Shown: positions 9,906-22,486 of the stretch, one piece after another
Numbering within the stretch: the stretch's first letter is position 1
Layout: each line of letters begins with the position of its first letter
DNA from: Chloroflexota bacterium
Lineage (GTDB): Bacteria; Chloroflexota; Limnocylindria; Limnocylindrales; CSP1-4
Direction of reading: 5' to 3'
NCBI GenBank assembly: GCA_021785175.1
Contig: JAJYGH010000068.1
Span: forward strand, 137-64,136
Length of the DNA stretch: 64,000 bases
Notes under the pieces: generated by a model
The model's database searches: none
Seen by the model: only the letters and a program-made list of their open reading frames with translations
What the model was told of the DNA's origin: nothing
Program-made: the position numbers and the translations under genes

Positions 9906-11150
9906 TCAGGCCTCCGCGACCTCCGGCACGGCCGCGGCCGGCTCCGGCAGGTCGGCGTCGGCGGCGAGCGCCGCCGCGACGTCCGTGCGCTCCCACGGCA
10001 GGTCGAGGTCGGGACGGCCAAAGTGCCCGTACGCGGCAACCTGCCGGTAGAGCGGCCGCCGCAGCCCGAGTTGCTCGATGATCACCGCGGGCCGCAGGTC
10101 GAAATGCGCCCCGATCAACGCCACGATCCGCTCGTCCGGGATCCGCCCGGTGCCAAACGTTTCCACCGAGAGCGAGATCGGCCGCGCGACGCCGATCGCG
10201 TAGCTCAGCTCGAGCTCGAACCGGTCGGCGATTCCCGCGGCGACGATGTTCTTGGCGACCCAGCGCGCCGCGTACGCGCCGGACCGATCGACCTTCGAGG
10301 GGTCCTTGCCGCTGAACGCGCCGCCGCCGTGGCGTGCCATGCCGCCGTACGTGTCGACGATGATCTTCCGGCCCGTCAGCCCCGCGTCGCCCATCGGGCC
10401 GCCGATGACGAACCGCCCGGTCGGGTTGACGTGGACGACCGGGTCGCGCCGGCGCAGCTCCTGGGGGATCGTCTCGCAGACGATGCATTCCATGACGTCG
10501 TCGCGCAGGCGCTCGGTCGCGACCTCCTCGTCGTGCTGCGCCGCGACCACGACCGTCCGCACGGCCTTGGGCACGCCGTGGTCGTACTCGACCGTGACCT
10601 GCGTCTTGCCGTCCGGCCGGAGGTAGGGAAGCGTGCCGTCCTTGCGCACTTCGGCAAGGCGCTTCGAGAGCCGGTGCGCCAGCGCGATCGGCAGCGGCAT
10701 CAGCTCGGGCGTCTCGCGGCAGGCGAAGCCGAACATCATCCCCTGGTCGCCGGCGCCCTGGTCGTGGATGTCGCCCCCGGTCCCGCGCGTCTCGAGGGCA
10801 TCGTCGACACCGCGCTTGATGTCCGGCGACTGCTCGTGCACCGACACGAGCGTCCCGCACGTGCGGTAGTCGAAGCCGTAGCGGGCATCGGTGTACCCGA
10901 TCTGGCGGATCGTCTCGCGCACGATCTGCTGAAACTCGACGTACGTGGTCGTCGTGATCTCGCCGAGCACCATGACGACGCCGTTGGTCGTCGCCGTCTC
11001 GCACGCGACGCGCGCGTACGGGTCGTCGCGCAGGATCGCGTCCAGGATCGCGTCGCTGACCTGGTCGCAGAGCTTGTCGGGGTGGCCCTCCGTGACGGAT
11101 TCGGAGGTGAAGAGGTAGTCGGCTTCGTGGAGGATGCTGAGGTCGCTCAT
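9906..11150 (-). CDS. metK: S-adenosylmethionine synthetase
   Basis: ATG at 11150. [30 protein letters not shown]..., [12 protein letters not shown] and [16 protein letters not shown] are all canonical MetK motifs. Confidence 0.97.
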   Translation of the reverse strand: MSDLSILHEADYLFTSESVTEGHPDKLCDQVSDAILDAILRDDPYARVACETATTNGVVMVLGEITTTTYVEFQQIVRETIRQIGYTDARYGFDYRTCGTLVSVHEQSPDIKRGVDDALETRGTGGDIHDQGAGDQGMMFGFACRETPELMPLPIALAHRLSKRLAEVRKDGTLPYLRPDGKTQVTVEYDHGVPKAVRTVVVAAQHDEEVATERLRDDVMECIVCETIPQELRRRDPVVHVNPTGRFVIGGPMGDAGLTGRKIIVDTYGGMARHGGGAFSGKDPSKVDRSGAYAARWVAKNIVAAGIADRFELELSYAIGVARPISLSVETFGTGRIPDERIVALIGAHFDLRPAVIIEQLGLRRPLYRQVAAYGHFGRPDLDLPWERTDVAAALAADADLPEPAAAVPEVAEA

Positions 11151-11161
11151 CGTCGCGCTTC

Positions 11162-13343
<2,182 letters not shown>

Positions 13344-13359
<16 letters not shown>

Positions 13360-14966
13360 CCGTCCTCATCCTCGGCCGGCGGTGCAGGCTCGGGGGGAGC
13401 GACGGCGGCGTGCTCGCCCGGCAGGGCTGGCTGGGGGGCGGCGGGGAGGTCGTTCGCTGCCGGCGCCTCGGGCCGGGCCCCACCCGGGAGGCCGCCCGCG
13501 CCGGGCGACGCCGCTGCGCCGGAGGCCGCCGGGGTCGAGCCGGGCGACGGGGACCGGACCGGACCCGAGCGCGCGCGCCGGTCGACCGCGTCGGGCAGCG
13601 ACACCTCGAACGGCGGCCGCAGGACGCCGAGCTCGGTGATGAAGCCGCGCACGAGCGCGCCCGGCGTGACGTCCAGGACGGGGTTGTGCAGCGCGCTCTC
13701 GAGCGGCGCGGGCCGCCAGCCGTGGAGGTCGGCGAGTTCCTCGACGGGACGCTCCTCCTCGAGGAAGCTCCAGCCGTCCGCGGCCTCGAGGTCGACGGCG
13801 GCAAGCGGGGCGCACACGTAGAACGGCACGTCGTGACGGGCAGCCACGGCCGCAAGCGGGTACGTCCCGACCGCCGCGGACAGGTCGCCGTTGCGGGCGA
13901 TCCGTTCGGCGGTCACGAGCACGACGTCCACGCGGCCGCGCGCGAGGACGGCCGCGGCCGCCGCGTCGGCGATGACGGTGTGCCGCACGTCGAGCCGGGC
14001 GAGCTCGAACGCGACGAGTCGCGCACCATCGAGCCCCGGCCGCCCCTCCGGCACCCACGCGTGCACGTCGCGGCCCTCGACGCCCAGGCGCTGGACGACC
14101 TCGAGCGCGGTGCCGAGCGCCCCGCCGCCGAGCGTCCCGACCGGACCGTGCAGCAGCACCTGCAGGTGGCGATCGGTCGGCGTCGGAAGAATCTCCGCGC
14201 CGGCCCGTCCGACCGCGGCGTGGTCGAGCAGCGCCTCCTCCTCGATCGCCGCCGTCTCGGCGCGGAGCACGTCCACGACATCGTCGCCGGGCGCGTCCTC
14301 CCCGACGCGCTGCCAGGCGGCCACCATCCGGTCGAGCGCGGCCGCCATCGGTCGCGACGAGGCACGCGCCGAGCGCAGCGCGTTGATCGTGCCGTGAAGG
14401 GTCGCGATCCGGACGAACTGGGAGTTCGTGCGGATCCGCTCGGCGGCGAGCAGCACGCCGTACGCCGCGACCTGTCCGAGCACCGGCCCTCCGGCCACCA
14501 TGCGGTCGCGCACGCAGGCCGCGACCTCGGCGCCGGTGTTGCACGTCACCTCGACCCGCTCGTGGGGCAGCCGCCGCTGGTCGACGAGCGTCAGCTCGCC
14601 CTCGCGATACCGGTACGGGGGGCCGAGCTGGACGGGCCCCGAGGCCGGCGCGGGCTCGTCGAGGCCGAGGAGCTGCGACAGCGGGTCCGATCCGCCGGTC
14701 GCGCCCAGCAGCTGGCCGGTCGCGGCCAGCGGGCCGCGCTGCAGGGCGGCCGCCGCACCCACGAACTGCGCGGCGGCCTGCACGGCCTCGCGTCCGAACG
14801 AGCGAAAGAAGCTGCGGCGGCCGATGTCGACCCCGACGGTCGCGCTCGGGAGCGCGGGCGGGGCCGACGGGGCCAGTGGCGTCGACGCGGGGGCGGGAGG
14901 GGTCGGGGGCTGGCCCGTTGCGGGGCCGCGCTCGTCCGGCGTCTGACCCCGGTCCCGATCGCTCAC
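13344..14966 (-). CDS. MtnA/eIF-2B family isomerase (methylthioribose-1-phosphate isomerase-like) with low-complexity N- and C-terminal extensions
   Basis: Core runs from LTLVDQRRLPHE to GTYPLAAVAARHDVPFYVCAP and on to VLDVTPGALVRGFITELG. It is flanked by Pro/Ala-rich tails of about 110 aa and about 85 aa. Confidence 0.8.
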
Positions 14967-14982
14967 CCCGGGATCCTCGTCC

Positions 14983-15537
14983 TCAGTACTGGATGATGCT
15001 GTGGACGTCGTACCCGCGGAGCCGCTCGCGTCCCTTCAGGAACCGCAGCTCCACCAGGAACGCGAGCGAGACGACGTCGCCGCCCAGCCGACGCACGAGG
15101 TCGATCGTGCCGCTGACCGTGCCTCCGGTCGCGAGCAGGTCGTCCACGATCAGGACACGCTGCCCGGGCGTGATCGCGTCGCGGTGGATCTCGAGCGTGT
15201 TGGTCCCGTACTCGAGCGCGTACTCGACGCTCATGGTCTCGGCCGGCAGCTTGCCGAGCTTGCGCACCGGCACGAACCCGACCCCCAGCGTGTACGCCAT
15301 CGGGGCGCTGAAGATGAAGCCGCGGGACTCCATCCCGACCACGATGTCGATCCTCTGGTTTCGGTACGGCGCGACGAGCAGGTCGATGGCGCCCCGAAAC
15401 GCTTCCCGGTCCTTCAGCAGGGTCGTGATGTCATAGAACAGGATGCCGGGTTTCGGGAAGTCCGGGACTTCGCGGATCTTGGCACGCAGGTCGTCGGCCG
15501 ACACGGATCCCTGCTCCCTTACCTCTCCACTCGTCAT
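14983..15537 (-). CDS. apt: adenine phosphoribosyltransferase
   Basis: 184 aa. FPKPGILFYDIT and the PRPP loop VLIVDDLLATGGT. Confidence 0.95.
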   Translation of the reverse strand: MTSGEVREQGSVSADDLRAKIREVPDFPKPGILFYDITTLLKDREAFRGAIDLLVAPYRNQRIDIVVGMESRGFIFSAPMAYTLGVGFVPVRKLGKLPAETMSVEYALEYGTNTLEIHRDAITPGQRVLIVDDLLATGGTVSGTIDLVRRLGGDVVSLAFLVELRFLKGRERLRGYDVHSIIQY

Positions 15538-15635
15538 AGCCGGGCAAGTCTACCGCACGCCGCGCACCCGCCCGGAGCCGAGCGCGCCGGTCCCCGCGCA
15601 CGGCGCGCGCGAGGACAGCTCGGCAACGGCGAGGC

Positions 15636-17360
15636 CTACGCGGCCCCCACCCCGGCCAGGAGCGGCGACAGCCGCGACCGCACCTGCACCGCCGATCCGT
15701 CGTCGAGCGCCGCGAGCGCCTCCTCCCGCGCGCGCCGCTCCTCGATGCCGCGGACCGCCCGGCGCACGCCGGGGAGACTCCCGCTGGCCATGCTGAGCTT
15801 GCGGATCCCCAGCCCGACGAGGGCGACGGCGGCGACGGGATCCCCGGCCATCTCGCCGCAGACCGAGAGCTCGATCCCCGCGCCCGCCGCCCGCTCGACC
15901 GCCTCGTGGACGAGCCGCAGCAGCGCCGGGTGGAGCGAGTCCTGGTATCGCGCCAGCGCGGGATTGCCGCGATCGACGGCGAGCGTGTACTGCAGCAGGT
16001 CGTTGGTGCCGAGACTCGCGAACGACAGGCGCGGGAAATAGCTGTCGCCGACGAGGATCGCGCCCGGGATCTCGAGCATGACGCCGAGATCGATCTCGCC
16101 GAACGGCTCGCCGCGGGACTCGAGCTCGGCGCGGGCCTGCGCGGCCAGCGACAGCAGCGTCTCCGCATCGCCGGCGTCGGCGACCATCGGCGCCATGACC
16201 TTCACGGGGCCACCCGCGGCCGCGCGCATCGTGGCGCGAAGCTGGGTGAGGAAGATGCCGGGGTCCGTGGCGGCGAGGCGCAACGCGCGGACGCCGAGGA
16301 ACGGGTTCGCCTCGGGCGCGATCGGGAGGTACGGGATGGGCTTGTCGCCGCCGACGTCGAGGAGCCGGATCGTCACGGGGTACGGCGCGAACGCCCGCAC
16401 CGCGCGCAGGTACGCCGCCGCCTGCTCGTCCTCGCTCGGCTCCGCGGCGCGCTCGAGGAACAGGAACTCGGTCCGGAACAGCCCGACGCCGTGGGCGCCG
16501 AGCTCCACGGCACGCGGGGCCTCCTCGGGCGTGCCGATGTTGGCGAGCAGGGTGACCTCCACGCCGTCGATCGTGACCGCGGGCAGCGATGCCTCGCGTC
16601 GCGCGAGCGCCTCCGCGTCGCGCGACCGGGTGATCCGGACGTCGAGATCGGCGAGCGTGGCGGCATCCGGATCGATGAAGACCTCGCCCGTGCCGCCGTC
16701 GAGCGCGAGATCGCCGGGCGCGAGCGACCCGAGGAGACCGGCGACCCCGACGACCGCGGGGATGCCGTACGCCCGCGCGAGGATCGCGGCGTGTGCGGTG
16801 GCCGACCCCGATTCGAGGGCGAACCCGAGCAACCGGTCACGCGGCAGCGTGGCCGTGACCGACGGTGGCAGATCCTCGGCGACCACGACACTCGGCACCT
16901 CGAGGCGAGGCGGCACGGGGTCGGGCATCCCGAACGCGCGCCGCGCGACCCGCAGGGCCACGTCGCGGACGTCGGCGGCGCGTGCCGACAGGAGCTCGTC
17001 CCCCAGCCCCCGGAGCTGCTCGGCCAGGTCGCGCCCGGCGTCGAGGACCGCGGCCACCGCGTCCACGTGGCGTTCGTCGATCGCCTGCTCGGCCAGCGAC
17101 GTCAGTGCCGGATCCACCGCCATCTGCGCCTGCGCCTCGAAGATCGCGCCCTCGTCCGGGTGGCCGTCCTCGGTCACCCGGCGGCCGAGCTCCTCGAGCT
17201 CTCGCGCGGCGCGCTCCGCCGCCTCGGCGAGCCGCGTCCGCTCCCCGTCCGCCTGCCGCGGGTCGATCGACCGGCCCTCCGGCTCGCGTGCGCGCTCGAC
17301 ACGGACCCACGGCCCGCGAGCCACCCCTGCCGACGCCGGCGTTCCCCGCAGCGTACGCAT
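15636..17360 (-). CDS. ptsI: phosphoenolpyruvate-protein phosphotransferase (PTS enzyme I)
   Basis: 574 aa. Contains GSATAHAAILARAYGIPAVVG (phospho-His region), GLFRTEFLF and SLGTNDLLQY. Confidence 0.9.
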   Translation of the reverse strand: MRTLRGTPASAGVARGPWVRVERAREPEGRSIDPRQADGERTRLAEAAERAARELEELGRRVTEDGHPDEGAIFEAQAQMAVDPALTSLAEQAIDERHVDAVAAVLDAGRDLAEQLRGLGDELLSARAADVRDVALRVARRAFGMPDPVPPRLEVPSVVVAEDLPPSVTATLPRDRLLGFALESGSATAHAAILARAYGIPAVVGVAGLLGSLAPGDLALDGGTGEVFIDPDAATLADLDVRITRSRDAEALARREASLPAVTIDGVEVTLLANIGTPEEAPRAVELGAHGVGLFRTEFLFLERAAEPSEDEQAAAYLRAVRAFAPYPVTIRLLDVGGDKPIPYLPIAPEANPFLGVRALRLAATDPGIFLTQLRATMRAAAGGPVKVMAPMVADAGDAETLLSLAAQARAELESRGEPFGEIDLGVMLEIPGAILVGDSYFPRLSFASLGTNDLLQYTLAVDRGNPALARYQDSLHPALLRLVHEAVERAAGAGIELSVCGEMAGDPVAAVALVGLGIRKLSMASGSLPGVRRAVRGIEERRAREEALAALDDGSAVQVRSRLSPLLAGVGAA

Positions 17361-17404
17361 GAGCGCATTGTGCGCCAGGCCGGCACCGGGCCGCCCTGCG
17401 CGCG

Positions 17405-18058
17405 CTACCTCGCCCCGCGCGATGATCCGAAGCGACGCTCGGTGCCCGCGAGGAGCCGCGCGATGTTGTCGTGGTGGAAGAGCCAGATCAGCACGGGACC
17501 GCCCGCGGCGAACACGTAGTACGCGGGCGGCTGCCCGGTGAGCGCGGCGATGAGCGCGAGGCCGATCCCCCCGGCCGCGGAGGCCGTGAGCGACGCGAGC
17601 GACGAGTATCGGCTGGCCAGGAACACGATCGCGAAGATCGGCACGATCGCGATCGCCACGAGCGGCTCGATCACGAGCAGACCGCCGAACGCGGGCGACA
17701 CTCCCCGACCGCCGTGGAAGCCGAGGAACGGCGAGCGACTGTGGCCGACGATGGCGGCGAGCCCGGCGAGCACCTCGACGGCCGCGCCCGCGCCGAAGGC
17801 CCGGGCGATCAGGACGGCGGCGCCACCCTTCGCGACGTCGAGGAGGCCCGACACGACCGCGAAGCGGAGCCCGAGCGCCCGCGCGACGTTGGCGCCGCCC
17901 GTGTGGCCGCTGCCGATCGACCGCGGATCGGGGCCGCCGGCAAGCCGGGCGACGATGACGCCCCAGGGGATCCCGCCGATCAGGAACGCGGCGACGACGA
18001 TCGCAATGTCGCGGGCGAGGGTCGGGGCGTCCATCGACGAGGAGTATACGGATCGCAC
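17405..18058 (-). CDS. plsY: glycerol-3-phosphate acyltransferase PlsY
   Basis: 217 aa, polytopic. GSGHTGGANVARALG matches the PlsY GSGNxGxTN motif. Confidence 0.9.
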   Translation of the reverse strand: MRSVYSSSMDAPTLARDIAIVVAAFLIGGIPWGVIVARLAGGPDPRSIGSGHTGGANVARALGLRFAVVSGLLDVAKGGAAVLIARAFGAGAAVEVLAGLAAIVGHSRSPFLGFHGGRGVSPAFGGLLVIEPLVAIAIVPIFAIVFLASRYSSLASLTASAAGGIGLALIAALTGQPPAYYVFAAGGPVLIWLFHHDNIARLLAGTERRFGSSRGAR

Positions 18059-18123
18059 GCTGCGGGTCCGGCCGTGCGAGGCCGTCGACGGCGACGACCT
18101 TCGGCGCGCGCGTGCGGTCGCGG

Positions 18124-19185
18124 TCAGGTCGAGGAGTCCGCGGCAGCCACCTCGTCGACCAGCCGGTCGGGCCTGCCCCGGAACCAGTCCCGCCGGGACG
18201 GATCCTCAGCCGCCTCCTGCAGCAGACGGCTGAGGGTTGCGTTGACCGGCACCGGCACTCCCGCGCGGGCTCCCACCGACGCGACCGCCCCGTTCAGCCA
18301 CGCGACCTCGGTCCGCTCCTCGCCGGCCCGCAGCGCGAGGCGCAGCGACGGCATCTTCTCGCCGCGGGCCCCGCCGAGCACGCGGGCCAGCAGCAGGCGC
18401 GCGACGGGCGCGGGGCTGCGATACACGGCCAGGAGCAGCCGCACGTCGGCGCCGGGGAGCGCGACCGGGGCCAGACGCAGCGTGCGCATGACCGCGAGCG
18501 CCTCGAAGGCCTGGCGGCGTTCGATCTCGTACAGCGACGGATCGGCGTAGATCGCCCGGACGTCCATGTCGAGGAGCGCCCCCGTGGCGTTCCCGACGAG
18601 GTTCGCGACGAGCTTCGACCACTTCATCGCGACCGGGTCCCGGAGGACGGCCGCGCGCATCCCGCCGGCCCCGAACGCGGCCGCGAGCGCGCGAGCGAGT
18701 GCCTCGGCCGGCGCTCCGCCGTTCCACGCCGCCAGTCCGATCCCGCCGCGTGTCAGCCATCGCGCCTCGCCGCGGTCTCCCATCTCCACGGCGGACGTCA
18801 GCGAGGCGGCGACGAGTCGCGTGGCGGGCCGCCGCGCCAGCACCTGTTCCTCCGCGCCGACCCCGTTCTGGACCGTGACGACGGGCAGCTCCGGCCAGGC
18901 GCCGAGCGCGGCGATGGCGGCGTCGAGGTCGAAGCGCTTGACCGCCAGGACTGCGGCGTCGAGTCCGCCCGCGCCGAGCGGGTCGGGCCGGCGCAGAGCC
19001 GCGACGCCGGCACGGAACACCCGGACATCGCGCGGACCGCGATCCGGGGTGAGGAGCCGCAGGCTCCCCGCCACCGGCTCCTCGGGCCCGATCCGCCGGA
19101 CCAGGAGGACGCCATGCCCCGCGGACGCGAGGCACCCCGCGAGCAGCGAGCCGACGGCCCCGGCGCCGACGACCGCGATCAGCAT
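18124..19185 (-). CDS. panE: 2-dehydropantoate 2-reductase (ApbA/PanE family)
   Basis: 353 aa with an N-terminal Rossmann motif (MLIAVVGAGAVGSLLAG). Length and layout fit the ketopantoate reductase family. Confidence 0.75.
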   Translation of the reverse strand: MLIAVVGAGAVGSLLAGCLASAGHGVLLVRRIGPEEPVAGSLRLLTPDRGPRDVRVFRAGVAALRRPDPLGAGGLDAAVLAVKRFDLDAAIAALGAWPELPVVTVQNGVGAEEQVLARRPATRLVAASLTSAVEMGDRGEARWLTRGGIGLAAWNGGAPAEALARALAAAFGAGGMRAAVLRDPVAMKWSKLVANLVGNATGALLDMDVRAIYADPSLYEIERRQAFEALAVMRTLRLAPVALPGADVRLLLAVYRSPAPVARLLLARVLGGARGEKMPSLRLALRAGEERTEVAWLNGAVASVGARAGVPVPVNATLSRLLQEAAEDPSRRDWFRGRPDRLVDEVAAADSST

Positions 19186-19193
19186 GCGCGGCG

Positions 19194-19667
19194 TCAGTCC
19201 GCGACGTGCTTGTCGAACGCCGAGGACCCGTCCGCCGTCGCGAGGACGGCCTCGATGTCGTCGCCCACGCTCGCCTGCACCGCGGCGAACACCGCGGCCT
19301 CGACGAGCGGCCCGCCGCTGATGCGCACGCGCGACGCGATCGCCGGATCCACGAGGTTCTCGAGGGCGAACCGCGCGGCGTGCACCGCGCCGTTGAAATC
19401 GACAAGGACCACGACACCGGCCCCGGCGTCCGCCCGCTGGATCGCGTCCGCGATGAGCGTCGGGTCCTCGCCGAGCGACCCGTCCGCCGCGCCGCCGGCC
19501 GCGATCACCCGCACGTCGGGGGCCTGCTCCCGCGCCATCTGCAGCGCCAGCTCCACGACGCCCTCGGCCACCGCGCGGGAGTGGGACGCGACGACGATGC
19601 CGACGAGTCGCGCCGGCGCGGCCGATCCGCCCGCGTCGTCCCCTGGCTGCCGGCGCGCGCCCGTCAT
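19194..19667 (-). CDS. dhaM: PTS-dependent dihydroxyacetone kinase phosphotransferase subunit (EIIA-Man-like, single domain)
   Basis: LVGIVVASHSRAVAEGVVELALQM...VVVLVDFNGAV...GGPLVEAAVFAAV aligns by eye with the E. coli DhaM N-terminal domain (VSHS phospho-His). The ATG overlaps the stop of the sdhD-like gene (ATGA). Confidence 0.8.
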   Translation of the reverse strand: MTGARRQPGDDAGGSAAPARLVGIVVASHSRAVAEGVVELALQMAREQAPDVRVIAAGGAADGSLGEDPTLIADAIQRADAGAGVVVLVDFNGAVHAARFALENLVDPAIASRVRISGGPLVEAAVFAAVQASVGDDIEAVLATADGSSAFDKHVAD

Positions 19668-20080
19668 CGCCGGGTGACGAGGATGGCGAGGAGCGCGATC
19701 CCGTACACGATCGTGATCACCCAGACACCGACGAGGACGCGCGTGACGGTGCGCTCGGCCCGCGCGGTCAGGCCGAAGTCGAAGATGACGGCGCGCAGCC
19801 CGAGCAGACCGTGCCAGCTCACGACGATGAGGAACAGCGTCTCGAGCGGCAGGATGATCGGGTTCGTGATGTAGTCGATGACCTGCCGGTAGTCGCGCAG
19901 CCCGCCCGAGACCACGAAGTGGTTCGCGATCATGTGGAGCGTGACGAGGAACAGGACGCCGACGCCCGTCAGCGCCTGCCAGCCCCACCCCACGCCGGGC
20001 AGGGTGTCCCGCTCCTCCGGCGCCCATCGGTCCGGGTGCTGCGGCAGGTCCGCGCGAAGGTCTTCGCTGTGCTGTGCCAT
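19664..20080 (-). CDS. small hydrophobic membrane anchor subunit (SdhD-like)
   Basis: ATG at 20080. 138 aa with three predicted hydrophobic helices (GVGVLFLVTLHMIANHF, ILPLETLFLIVVSWHGLLGL, VLVGVWVITIVYGIALLAILV). Shares one nt with the upstream stop. Confidence 0.65.
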   Translation of the reverse strand: MAQHSEDLRADLPQHPDRWAPEERDTLPGVGWGWQALTGVGVLFLVTLHMIANHFVVSGGLRDYRQVIDYITNPIILPLETLFLIVVSWHGLLGLRAVIFDFGLTARAERTVTRVLVGVWVITIVYGIALLAILVTRR

Positions 20081-20511
20081 CACCTGGCCCCCGCATCGCT
20101 GATGAACCGCAGCGCGCCGATGACGAGCACGACCGCGCCGATGACGCCGAACGCCAGCAGGAGCGCGCGCTGACGGTCGACGACGAGGCCGAACCCGACG
20201 AGCGCAAGGCGGATGCCGTTGAGCCCGTGGATGAGGAGCCCCGCCAGCAGCACGACGTCGAGCATCAGGAAGACCGGGTTCAGGAACACGTTCTTCAGCA
20301 GCGAATCCCAGGCCGCGGGCCCCACCGCGAGCTGGGAGAGCACGACCAGGTGCAGGTACAGGTAGAACAGCACCCCGAGGCCGGTGACCCGGTTGAGGAT
20401 GAACGCAAGGCCGCCGAGCCGGCGGCCGCGGACGTCCACCCAGCCCATCACGCCCCGCCGGCGGTCCTCGCGGCGCACGGGACGATCGGCGCCGACCACG
20501 CGTTGGGTCAT
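20080..20511 (-). CDS. succinate dehydrogenase/fumarate reductase cytochrome b-like membrane subunit (SdhC-like)
   Basis: 143 aa. AFILNRVTGLGVLFYLYLHL and LLIHGLNGIRL resemble the SdhC helices that carry the heme-ligand His. Confidence 0.7.
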   Translation of the reverse strand: MTQRVVGADRPVRREDRRRGVMGWVDVRGRRLGGLAFILNRVTGLGVLFYLYLHLVVLSQLAVGPAAWDSLLKNVFLNPVFLMLDVVLLAGLLIHGLNGIRLALVGFGLVVDRQRALLLAFGVIGAVVLVIGALRFISDAGAR

Positions 20512-21245
20512 CGTCGTGCTCCCTGCGGTTCAGCCGACGGCCTTCGCCATCCGCGCGCCAGGAGCGAGCGCCGCAGCTGCATGATGTGACCGGCCGGATC
20601 CACGCTCGACGGGCAGGCCTCGCTGCACTCGAACGCGAGGTGGCACCGCCAGGCCGCATGCGGATCGTCCGCCAGCCGCAGGATCGGCCCGACGTCGACG
20701 CCGCGCGGCTCCTGCCGGACGCGATCCATCGCAGCCAGCGCGGCAGGGCCGAGGTACGCCGGATCGGTGCCGGCGATGGGGCACGCCGAGATGCAGATCC
20801 CGCACTCGATGCAGTCCTCGTACCGCATCGCGTGCGGCACGCCGGCCGCCTGATGCGAACCGGGCACGAGCTCGCTGTCGCGCACGAGCGGGCGCTCGGC
20901 GACGTCGAAGCGCGCGTAGAACGGCCCCATGTCGACGACCAGGTCGCTGACCACCGGCGCGTTGTCGAGCGGCTCGACGCGCACCTCGTCGGTTCCCAGC
21001 TCACGCACGTTCGTGACGCACGCCAGCACTTCGTGATCGTTGACCTTCATGGCGCAGGTGCCACAGGACGCGTGGAAGCACGAGTGGCGGAGCGTCAGGG
21101 TCGGGTCCTGGGTGCGCCGGATGCCCGTGAGGGCGTCGAGCACGGTCGTGCGGGCGCCGACCTCGACCGGGAACCGGTCGTGGTGGGGCTCTTCGTCGCC
21201 CTGCTTGTAGCGATGGACGCGGAACGTGACGGATGTATCGCTCAT
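20508..21245 (-). CDS. SdhB/FrdB-type iron-sulfur subunit
   Basis: 245 aa with three Cys clusters: CFHASCGTCAMKVNDHEVLAC (2Fe-2S), CIECGICISACP (4Fe-4S) and CHLAFECSEACP (3Fe-4S type). Confidence 0.9.
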   Translation of the reverse strand: MSDTSVTFRVHRYKQGDEEPHHDRFPVEVGARTTVLDALTGIRRTQDPTLTLRHSCFHASCGTCAMKVNDHEVLACVTNVRELGTDEVRVEPLDNAPVVSDLVVDMGPFYARFDVAERPLVRDSELVPGSHQAAGVPHAMRYEDCIECGICISACPIAGTDPAYLGPAALAAMDRVRQEPRGVDVGPILRLADDPHAAWRCHLAFECSEACPSSVDPAGHIMQLRRSLLARGWRRPSAEPQGARR

Positions 21246-21249
21246 CGGC

Positions 21250-22434
21250 CTATGCAGCGTAGTAGGCGGTGTGGGGCAGGAGGACCGTTTCGCGCGTCAG
21301 GCACGGCGCCTCGATCCCGAGCTTCCTGCACACGACGTCCGCGGTGGTCTCGGCCATCGCGCGCGCGGTGGTCGCCTTGCCCCCGGAGATCGTGACGAAG
21401 CCACCGACCCCGTCGCGCTCCATGTGGTCGAAGCACTTGAACGTCCGGCTGAGCTCCCGTCCGGTGTCCGCGCCGCCCCCGCCGATCAGCGGTCGCGCCG
21501 CCGACCACGCCTGGCGGAAGGGAGCGCTGCGGACGGCCGGAATGATCTTGGAGCCTTCGGTGTACATCTTCTGGACGTGGTCTTCCGGCACCCCGAGGTC
21601 GTCGGGGTCCTTCACCACCCACGAGCTCGTGCCGACGATCGACAGGCCGCGCTGCGGGACCACGATGTCGCCATCCCCGGACTTGTGCATCCGGTTGATG
21701 ACCATGTTGCAGAGGCGGCCACGGAGGGCGAGCAGCACGCCGGGGGACGGCTGGATCGGGACGTCGGCGCCGGCCATCGCCGCGATCTTCTCGGCCCACG
21801 GTCCGCCGGCGTTCACGACGAGGTCCGCCCCGACCTCGAAGTCCCGTTCGGTGCGGTGGTCGTGGCCCCGGACACCCATCACGCAGGCGTCCCGGACGAC
21901 CATCTCGGTCACCTCGCAGAACGGCTGAATCACCGCCCCGCGCGCCTTCGCCGTCGCGAACCAGCGGAGCGGGAGCCGCATCGCATCGAAGGTGGCGTCG
22001 GGCACCTGGATGGCGCCCTTCAGGTCGGGGTTGAGATTGGGCTCGAGGTTGAGCGCCTCGGCCGGGGTCAGCCAGCGTGCGGGGATCCCGGTCTCCCCGC
22101 AGGCCGCGAACAGCTTCTCGCCGTAGGCCATGTCCTCGTCGTCGATCCCGACGAAGAGGCCGTCGTTCTCCTCGAACGAGCCTGGCGCGACGCGTCGCAG
22201 GAGCTGATTCTCCTGGATGCATTCGACCGCCGATTCGGCGTCGTTGACGGCGTACCGGGCGCCGCTGTGGAGCAGGCCGTGGTGACGGCCCGTGGTGCCG
22301 GAGGTGATCTCGCCACGCTCGACGAGCGTGACACGGAGGCCCCGGAGGACCAGGTCGAGGGCCAGGGCCGCTCCCGTCCCTCCCCCGCCGACGATGACGA
22401 CGTGGGGAGCCGGTGAACGCAGTGGTGCGGTCAT
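21250..22434 (-). CDS. glpA: anaerobic-type glycerol-3-phosphate dehydrogenase flavoprotein, GlpA-like, lacking the C-terminal BFD-like domain
   Basis: 394 aa. VVIVGGGGTGAALALD, TSGTTGRHHGLLHSGARYAVNDAESAVECIQENQ and FVTISGGKATT parallel E. coli GlpA residues about 1-400. The ORF ends soon after CRKLGIEAPC. Confidence 0.9.
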   Translation of the reverse strand: MTAPLRSPAPHVVIVGGGGTGAALALDLVLRGLRVTLVERGEITSGTTGRHHGLLHSGARYAVNDAESAVECIQENQLLRRVAPGSFEENDGLFVGIDDEDMAYGEKLFAACGETGIPARWLTPAEALNLEPNLNPDLKGAIQVPDATFDAMRLPLRWFATAKARGAVIQPFCEVTEMVVRDACVMGVRGHDHRTERDFEVGADLVVNAGGPWAEKIAAMAGADVPIQPSPGVLLALRGRLCNMVINRMHKSGDGDIVVPQRGLSIVGTSSWVVKDPDDLGVPEDHVQKMYTEGSKIIPAVRSAPFRQAWSAARPLIGGGGADTGRELSRTFKCFDHMERDGVGGFVTISGGKATTARAMAETTADVVCRKLGIEAPCLTRETVLLPHTAYYAA

Positions 22435-22486
22435 GTTTCTGGCTCTCCGACCCGGACCTCCGGAGTCCCGCTTCAGGCGATCAGGA

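Noticed and set aside
14790-14840. RRSFF twin-arginine-like motif (DIGRRSFFRSFGREAVQAAAQFVGAAAALQ) in the MtnA-like protein, read as a Tat export signal.
   Set aside because: The motif lies about 50 residues from the only upstream start. The nearby Val codons are GTC, not GTG, so no start would place it at an N-terminus. The would-be h-region contains Arg and Glu. I treat it as coincidental until tested with TatP/SignalP and ortholog alignment.
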